DNA of 64,000 nucleotides from an uncultured archaeon (lineage in GTDB: Archaea > Asgardarchaeota > Heimdallarchaeia > Heimdallarchaeales > Kariarchaeaceae), in assembly GCA_964645535.1 (NCBI GenBank), contig CAZYCQ010000010.1, forward strand, positions 1 to 64,000, read 5' to 3'. The translations under genes were made by a program, and so were the position numbers. The notes below the pieces were generated by a model, which ran no database searches, had not been told where the DNA came from, and saw only the letters and a list, made by a program, of their open reading frames with translations. Within the stretch, counting starts at the first letter, position 1; each line of letters begins with the position of its first letter. This document shows, piece by piece, positions 58,608-64,000 of this stretch.

Positions 58608-59512
58608 GACTTGGATCGTCTAACTATTGTCCAAATAATTGGAACAGATAACAGAATAAATCCTCCGACAACGGATGCGATATAGAAAATTGTCTCTTTA
58701 CCAGTCTGAATTCTTTCTGACTTCAAAACATCCACTCTAGTAATATTGAAGAAAATATCAACCGGTGTTTGAGCAGTTGAATTGCCTATGGGGATGGTTG
58801 AATTAAATAGGAACGAAAGAGAATTCAGTCCCCCATCAGTCAAATTGTAATTGACACCTACCCCAAGAGTGATGTTTTCAAATAACCCTGAAGGTAGAGC
58901 AAAACCTGTTGCATTTAAGATGCCTGTCAGATTTAGGTTTTCGATCTGCATTGTCGCTTCAATTTTCAATAGACCTGAAATTTTCTCGGAATCAATAGCC
59001 AATCCTTCAAATGTAGTATTCAATGACGATCCGACAATGGATGAAATAAGACCTCCTGCCGTTCCAGAAATTGCTTCAATGTATTCGAGATAATCTGAAT
59101 AATCCGGTGTGGAAAGTGGAAGTGCAAAGGGTAAGGAGCCATTAGGAAGAACAAATAGCTGACCCCCAATATTTTGTGTTTCTATGGTATACGAAAGAGA
59201 TTGATTGACTTCTCCAAAAAGATTTGCTATATCTTCTGCGGTGGTTGTTTTGTTCACTTTAACCCCAGTTAACTGGAAATATTCCACATAATTGTCTGTT
59301 ACATTTGTAAATCCAACTACGGTTGTCCGGTTTGCATCAGTCATAAGTGAGGCCAAATTTTCCCCACCTGTAATCAATGAGGTGGATAAAGTCTCTAACC
59401 AATAAACATAGGCATCTCCACTTTTTACTTCCCAATGGTATCCCTGTCCATTACCCATTGGGACAAATATGAGAATGACCATCAGAGCCAAGGCACTATA
59501 TTTCGGGTTCAT
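58604..59512 (-). CDS. Secreted, C-terminally anchored surface glycoprotein
   Basis: Signal peptide, 13 N-x-S/T sequons, C-terminal TM followed by RRSKS. Confidence 0.8.
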   Translation of the reverse strand: MNPKYSALALMVILIFVPMGNGQGYHWEVKSGDAYVYWLETLSTSLITGGENLASLMTDANRTTVVGFTNVTDNYVEYFQLTGVKVNKTTTAEDIANLFGEVNQSLSYTIETQNIGGQLFVLPNGSLPFALPLSTPDYSDYLEYIEAISGTAGGLISSIVGSSLNTTFEGLAIDSEKISGLLKIEATMQIENLNLTGILNATGFALPSGLFENITLGVGVNYNLTDGGLNSLSFLFNSTIPIGNSTAQTPVDIFFNITRVDVLKSERIQTGKETIFYIASVVGGFILLSVPIIWTIVRRSKS

Positions 59513-59560
59513 TGTAGAAACAGCATTGACGGTCTATAAAATCTCTCCCATATCGGTGAT

Positions 59561-60709
59561 TTAATGTCGATAACTCGATATAATGACTTCCGATTGGACA
59601 ATTGGAATACATTTTCTCAACACCGAATCTGGATCAACACCATTTTCTTGTTGAATTGATCCATCAAAATGAACAATCTGATTTTTAAAATGTTTATGGA
59701 ATTCCCTGATGAAATATCGCATCGAACGTCTTAGAATTTTGGCGGGTCTTTCAGCTTGGACGATTACCTGAACATTCTCAAGATTCTCAAGCAAGATGAC
59801 ACCACCATCGTAATGATAGGCTCTCATTTCGATCTCTTCACGACCAACAAGTTCACCAATAAGCGAATTTACTGAAGCAAAAATGGGGGCAATCAAAAAT
59901 TCCTTTGATCCGGTGCTCTCTGATATTTCTACTGCATACAGCAGTTCTCCTGAATTAGATATCATTTGGAGAAACTTTATTCTTGATGGGGCAAGATAAA
60001 CAAAGTTCGGATATCGAATGTAGAATATTGCAAGTATGAGAAAGACGGGCAAAACCGTTGTGAATGCATTGACATCACCTATGGGGAAGAAATGTTCTGC
60101 AATCTCAATGAGATTGCCGAGATTGAATATTAACAGGGTGATGTTGAAGATGATCAGATATCTCTGAATTTGTTTGTCAGTGGTTAACTTGTACTGTTTG
60201 AAATAAACATACTGTAACAGGATTGAAATTTCCAAACTAAGCAGATCAAATAATAAACTGTCCACGCTGGTATGTTGGGCAAATGGCATGATTTCATCAT
60301 TGAAGATCAGATTCCCTGTACTTACATAGTAGATTGCAAGAAAAATCTGAGCACCTAAAAGTGCAGAGAGGATCGAACCTCGTAAAAGATTGATTCTGTC
60401 ATTGATGAAGTATTCTGCCATGAAATAAAGAATAAGCAATGCCACAAGATGCATGAACCTGACCGGATTAACGATAAGGGAATGTTGGTCGCTTGCATAT
60501 TTGAATAACCCCCATTCTCCTTCAAAGAAAAGTTTCAGAACCTGTAGAACCCCCATAAGGAAGGTTGAGGAAAAAACACCGATAAACCAATCCAATGCAT
60601 TGACTCCAGATTGTCTTCTGGAATAAAAGAAATAAGCCGCAAGAAAACCACTTAAAACAACAAGAATTACTGGTGGAAGTAAATCTTCCATTGCGACGCT
60701 GTTTACCAT
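59561..60709 (-). CDS. 7-TM membrane protein with C-terminal longin-like domain
   Basis: Seven hydrophobic helices, then FLQMISNSGELLY...LIAPIFASVNSLIGE...F.REFHKHF...I..FDG. Confidence 0.7.
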   Translation of the reverse strand: MVNSVAMEDLLPPVILVVLSGFLAAYFFYSRRQSGVNALDWFIGVFSSTFLMGVLQVLKLFFEGEWGLFKYASDQHSLIVNPVRFMHLVALLILYFMAEYFINDRINLLRGSILSALLGAQIFLAIYYVSTGNLIFNDEIMPFAQHTSVDSLLFDLLSLEISILLQYVYFKQYKLTTDKQIQRYLIIFNITLLIFNLGNLIEIAEHFFPIGDVNAFTTVLPVFLILAIFYIRYPNFVYLAPSRIKFLQMISNSGELLYAVEISESTGSKEFLIAPIFASVNSLIGELVGREEIEMRAYHYDGGVILLENLENVQVIVQAERPAKILRRSMRYFIREFHKHFKNQIVHFDGSIQQENGVDPDSVLRKCIPIVQSEVIISSYRH

Positions 60710-60768
60710 CAGATATGAACTATTTTTTGGTAATTTAAATGATTTGACCTTTTGATTCGGTAAATTCC

Positions 60769-61434
60769 CTAATCCAAAAAATCTTTGAGAGAGGAATAAA
60801 GATCATTGATTCTTTCAATCTCCTTCTGAAGAAGCTGTTGATAAACCTCTTTGAAATCTGATCCAAGGGTTACCAATTGGATTTCGATTCGGGGTTCCTC
60901 AAGGGTATAGTATTTTCCAGTTCCAGGAAGATATCCCACAATTAGATTGTCATCTTCCCAAAGGATACCGGTTGCAGCATCTTTGAACAGTTTGATGAAG
61001 TTGTCCAAATCAGGGCGCTTGACCGGCCGATATTGTTCAGTGACAACAAAGGGTCGATCACGTTTTCTAAGGGACTTCGGCACAGACCGGTAAAACCTCA
61101 TTCCAAGCATGGCTGCCCGTGCAATCGGTTGTTTTGGAATATCAGGGATTTCAAGAAGGAGTCTTTTGATGACTTCCTCATCTTCCTTTGAAGGATTTAC
61201 CCCATGAACCTTTCCGCCACGGCTGTAAACCCTTACCCGTTTTTTTGCCATTGGTTCGACCTGAATTGAAAACTCCAAAACCATTGATTTTTCAGAAAAA
61301 TGATCCGTGATCTGTGTCAGGTTAACGTCTTTTGTTTCCCTCGGTCGCTCATTGAGTAATGGAACATCTTTAATTTTTGCTTTCTTTAGCCTCTCTGTAA
61401 TTGTTTCCTTTTTTTGTTTCGGCATTGTTCTCAC
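60769..61434 (-). CDS. rusA: RusA-family Holliday junction resolvase
   Basis: P.AKKRVR, KRPDLDNFIK..KDA..GILWEDDNLIV, KYY...PRIEI. Confidence 0.88.
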   Translation of the reverse strand: MRTMPKQKKETITERLKKAKIKDVPLLNERPRETKDVNLTQITDHFSEKSMVLEFSIQVEPMAKKRVRVYSRGGKVHGVNPSKEDEEVIKRLLLEIPDIPKQPIARAAMLGMRFYRSVPKSLRKRDRPFVVTEQYRPVKRPDLDNFIKLFKDAATGILWEDDNLIVGYLPGTGKYYTLEEPRIEIQLVTLGSDFKEVYQQLLQKEIERINDLYSSLKDFLD

Positions 61435-61937
61435 GGGTGAAAGAAATCGTCAATTGCAATGGTGATTGCCGCCAAAATGAATGCCTCCATAGGTTCATAA
61501 GTTTTTACAATGAAAGAATCCCTTATGTCAAGTGTTCTTTTATCGACTGTGAAGACAATATTTCCTTCTTTGTCCTTGAAATCGAATGATTTTCCTGCAT
61601 CTATTGTCGTTGCTTGAATTTGCCTATTCTCTTCAACTTCTATAAGAACTTTCATTCCAATCGGATTTCCCTTGTAGAAGCTAATATCTGCAATTTTTTT
61701 ATCTTTGGGATCAAATAGTGTATACGATTTTAAAATAGGGTAATCTTTAAGCAATTTCCCCAAGTAAACATTTTCCTTTCCACTTCTGAACCTAAATTCA
61801 CCTTTGGCAGAAGCAAGTTTCTTTTCGACAATTATGATTGGATGATCTTCCTCCTTTGAAAAAATGGAAAAGGTATCATTTTTCTGCTTGATTAATAACT
61901 GGTCATCCTTTAGTTTCCCAAACTTTTTCCATGGCAT
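61431..61937 (-). CDS. LURP-one / scramblase / tubby-C-like beta-barrel protein
   Basis: LLIKQK, YTLFDP....IA.I, FDFKD.EG..V..VDKR...RDSF, terminal LAAITIAID helix. Confidence 0.75.
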   Translation of the reverse strand: MPWKKFGKLKDDQLLIKQKNDTFSIFSKEEDHPIIIVEKKLASAKGEFRFRSGKENVYLGKLLKDYPILKSYTLFDPKDKKIADISFYKGNPIGMKVLIEVEENRQIQATTIDAGKSFDFKDKEGNIVFTVDKRTLDIRDSFIVKTYEPMEAFILAAITIAIDDFFHP

Positions 61938-62088
61938 TCTTAAAATTGTAGTGTTTCTGTTTTGATAAACTTTCCTGACTTCAATTCCTCATTTGTATAA
62001 TTGATCATCAAATACTAAGGGTTTTTTCCGCATCTTCAATTCCATTGAGATAAAGAGTTATATTATTCCTAACGGAGCAAAATATGAA

Positions 62089-63180
62089 ATGTCAAATGAG
62101 GCTGAAAGGCTTTGGACTGAAGTCGTTACAAGGGCGTTTGTTATGGAACTTGTTGAAATGGTGGCTCCCATTTTTATTGGTCGAACTGTAGAAGGTTCGG
62201 TTCAAACAAGGTATATCTCAGTCCAAGATGTAGATTTTCAAGGAAAAAAAATCAATGATGTCATTCATATTGAATTGACCGCCAAAATACTTTCTGATCA
62301 AGGCCAATGGCTTCAACCCATGATCGTTCGAATCCACAAATTTCCGGATCGTTTCTCATCGGAAATTCGATTATACGACGTTCTTTGTGATCGTGCCGCC
62401 AAATTTGACGATATCCATCCGACAAAGTTGCTTCATTCTGATCCCCAAAAGCTCCTTATCGTGTATGAATCCATTGCAAGTGATCCGATTCTTAATCTTG
62501 ATCCCTTATTAATTGATTTTTCACTTGGCCGCATAGCTAGTGTCTTACATGGCTATGATGTCAATAATTTCCGTCTTGATGATCTTATTAATTCAATCAA
62601 ATATATTCTTGAATACATGCCCTTCCAGAACGACATTAAAACCAGCATTCAGCAATTTTTGGAACGAAAGGCTCAAATGGTGCCATATACCCAAAGTGGG
62701 TTCATCCCCTGCACCGCCTTTACCCCATCACTTCTGAAGATAAAATATAAGGTTGATAACCCTGCTTCCGTCGATCTATTCATGGTGGCCAATGGAAAGG
62801 CATTCGATACCTATATCCCTATGGGTGTTGTTGATGAGGATTTCCATGACCGATATGAAGATGTCGCCAATTTCTATGCAATAGATGCATTTGAGGAATA
62901 TCTGCGCACCGGTTCCATAAATGAGACGAAAGAACGGATTGAAAGATTTCTGACTGGCTATAACATGATCTCTTATCGAACATTCGGACTGGAATTTAAG
63001 TCATTGTATCCAGTAGGTCATACTCTTGACCTTCAACTCCTTCTTTCCATTTGGCTTAAAGAAGTCGCTTCATTTGATCAGAATAATCCCGATCTGCAAA
63101 GAATTCGTAATCTTGGTCATTTTTCGATTTATATCCTTTCTGAAGGTATTTTGGACGATTTGGAAATTGACACGTTCTAG
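62089..63180 (+). CDS. Hypothetical protein, degenerate APH/choline-kinase-like fold suspected
   Basis: EIRLY, LLIVYE, LGRIASVLHG, D.YEDVANF, FL.GY; no HGD or DxE. Confidence 0.5.
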   Translation: MSNEAERLWTEVVTRAFVMELVEMVAPIFIGRTVEGSVQTRYISVQDVDFQGKKINDVIHIELTAKILSDQGQWLQPMIVRIHKFPDRFSSEIRLYDVLCDRAAKFDDIHPTKLLHSDPQKLLIVYESIASDPILNLDPLLIDFSLGRIASVLHGYDVNNFRLDDLINSIKYILEYMPFQNDIKTSIQQFLERKAQMVPYTQSGFIPCTAFTPSLLKIKYKVDNPASVDLFMVANGKAFDTYIPMGVVDEDFHDRYEDVANFYAIDAFEEYLRTGSINETKERIERFLTGYNMISYRTFGLEFKSLYPVGHTLDLQLLLSIWLKEVASFDQNNPDLQRIRNLGHFSIYILSEGILDDLEIDTF

Positions 63181-63635
63181 ACTCTTTTCTTCAAGCTCCA
63201 GAATGTCTGATTTTCCTCTTTCCATTTCACATAATCTTTAAGTACCAATCCGTGATCAAAAGCAAGATCCATCTGTTCTAGCTCTTCAAGTTTTACCCAT
63301 TCAAAATCACTTGCATCATCTCCTGCAATCGGATCTCCCAATGCCTCAACAATAAAAACTATTGAAATCACATGCCCTCTTGGGTCTCTTTCAGGTGCTG
63401 AATAGACTCCCAATATCGCTTTTGGAAGTGCCTCAAGTCCAACCTCTTCCTTGACTTCCCTGACTACAGCATTTTCCACGGCTTCACCATAATCAACATA
63501 GCCTCCAGGAAGCGCAAGAAAACCATGAAAGGTCTTTCCTTTCCTTCTGATAAGAAGAACCTTGCTCTCATCTTCGATTATAGCATCTACAGTTACTGAA
63601 GGAAGCTTAAAGTCTCCCATAAGGTTAAGCTTCAT
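63177..63635 (-). CDS. NUDIX hydrolase (ADP-ribose pyrophosphatase-like)
   Basis: ALPGGYVDYGE....AVVREVKEEVGL, YS.P.RDPRGH, AGDDA, LAFDH. Confidence 0.95.
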   Translation of the reverse strand: MKLNLMGDFKLPSVTVDAIIEDESKVLLIRRKGKTFHGFLALPGGYVDYGEAVENAVVREVKEEVGLEALPKAILGVYSAPERDPRGHVISIVFIVEALGDPIAGDDASDFEWVKLEELEQMDLAFDHGLVLKDYVKWKEENQTFWSLKKRV

Positions 63636-63707
63636 TCATCCAATAAAATAATGGCGGATAAATAATCAATTCCGAATAAATTAAGAACGGAAATTTCATT
63701 GTCACTC

Positions 63708-64000
63708 ATGGAGTTACAAGTTTTGGGATGGATATTTGTCCTTCTTACTATTGGTTTTGGATTTTTGCTTGATTGGATGGTTCTTGAACAACAAATGGGA
63801 AATTGGTACCAATTTATTCGCAAATTCATGTTGGGAACAATTAACTATGGAATTCTGACCATGTTACCTTTCATGATGGTGTTTTTCCTGTTCAATGCCG
63901 ATGAAACGATCGATTTTGGAGAAATCATTGCTGTAGGCGTAATTCTCCTTTTTCCCCTGATTCTTATCTATGTGATCCGAAATTTCAACCCATATGTTGA
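63708..64000 (+). CDS. Membrane protein, truncated by window end (absent from ORF track)
   Basis: ATG 63708 open to the window end: MELQVLGWIFVLLTIGFGFLLDW..., three hydrophobic segments. Confidence 0.7.
   Translation, partial: MELQVLGWIFVLLTIGFGFLLDWMVLEQQMGNWYQFIRKFMLGTINYGILTMLPFMMVFFLFNADETIDFGEIIAVGVILLFPLILIYVIRNFNPYV

Noticed and set aside
59561-60709. Microbial rhodopsin
   Set aside because: No Schiff-base lysine in helix 7
1-64000. Many short antisense or nested ORFs (e.g. 7152-7595, 35550-36068, 53828-54340)
   Set aside because: Shadows of well-supported genes, with no motifs of their own
1-64000. CRISPR array, rRNA, provirus or intact IS element
   Set aside because: No periodic repeats, rRNA-like tract, integrase, capsid or full transposase seen by eye

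Overview
Gene-dense chromosomal window from an archaeon, very probably an Asgard archaeon of the Heimdallarchaeia type (inference). Archaeal features include an ATP-dependent DNA ligase, deoxyhypusine synthase, CofH and TATA boxes ~25 nt before many start codons. Asgard-type eukaryotic-signature proteins include a clear profilin, a MIT+longin fusion, a 7TM+longin protein, an IFT52/GIFT-domain protein and a large TPR protein. Markers of aerobic heterotrophy include a 2-oxoacid dehydrogenase complex with lipoate ligase, a half-size heme A synthase, a CcdA/TlpA pair, CBS+CGL transsulfuration and DegV. There are about 60 CDSs and one tRNA-Arg(CCG); no CRISPR array, rRNA or intact mobile element was seen. 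Best second-look items: a PARP-ZnF/OB-fold/PARP-ZnF protein near DNA ligase, a MIT/proline-motif/longin fusion, a 7TM-longin receptor-like protein, an apparently circularly permuted glycerophosphodiester phosphodiesterase, a candidate 55-nt promoter-driven small RNA, and a tRNA overlapped antisense by a CDS. All assignments are by eye from motifs; no searches were run.
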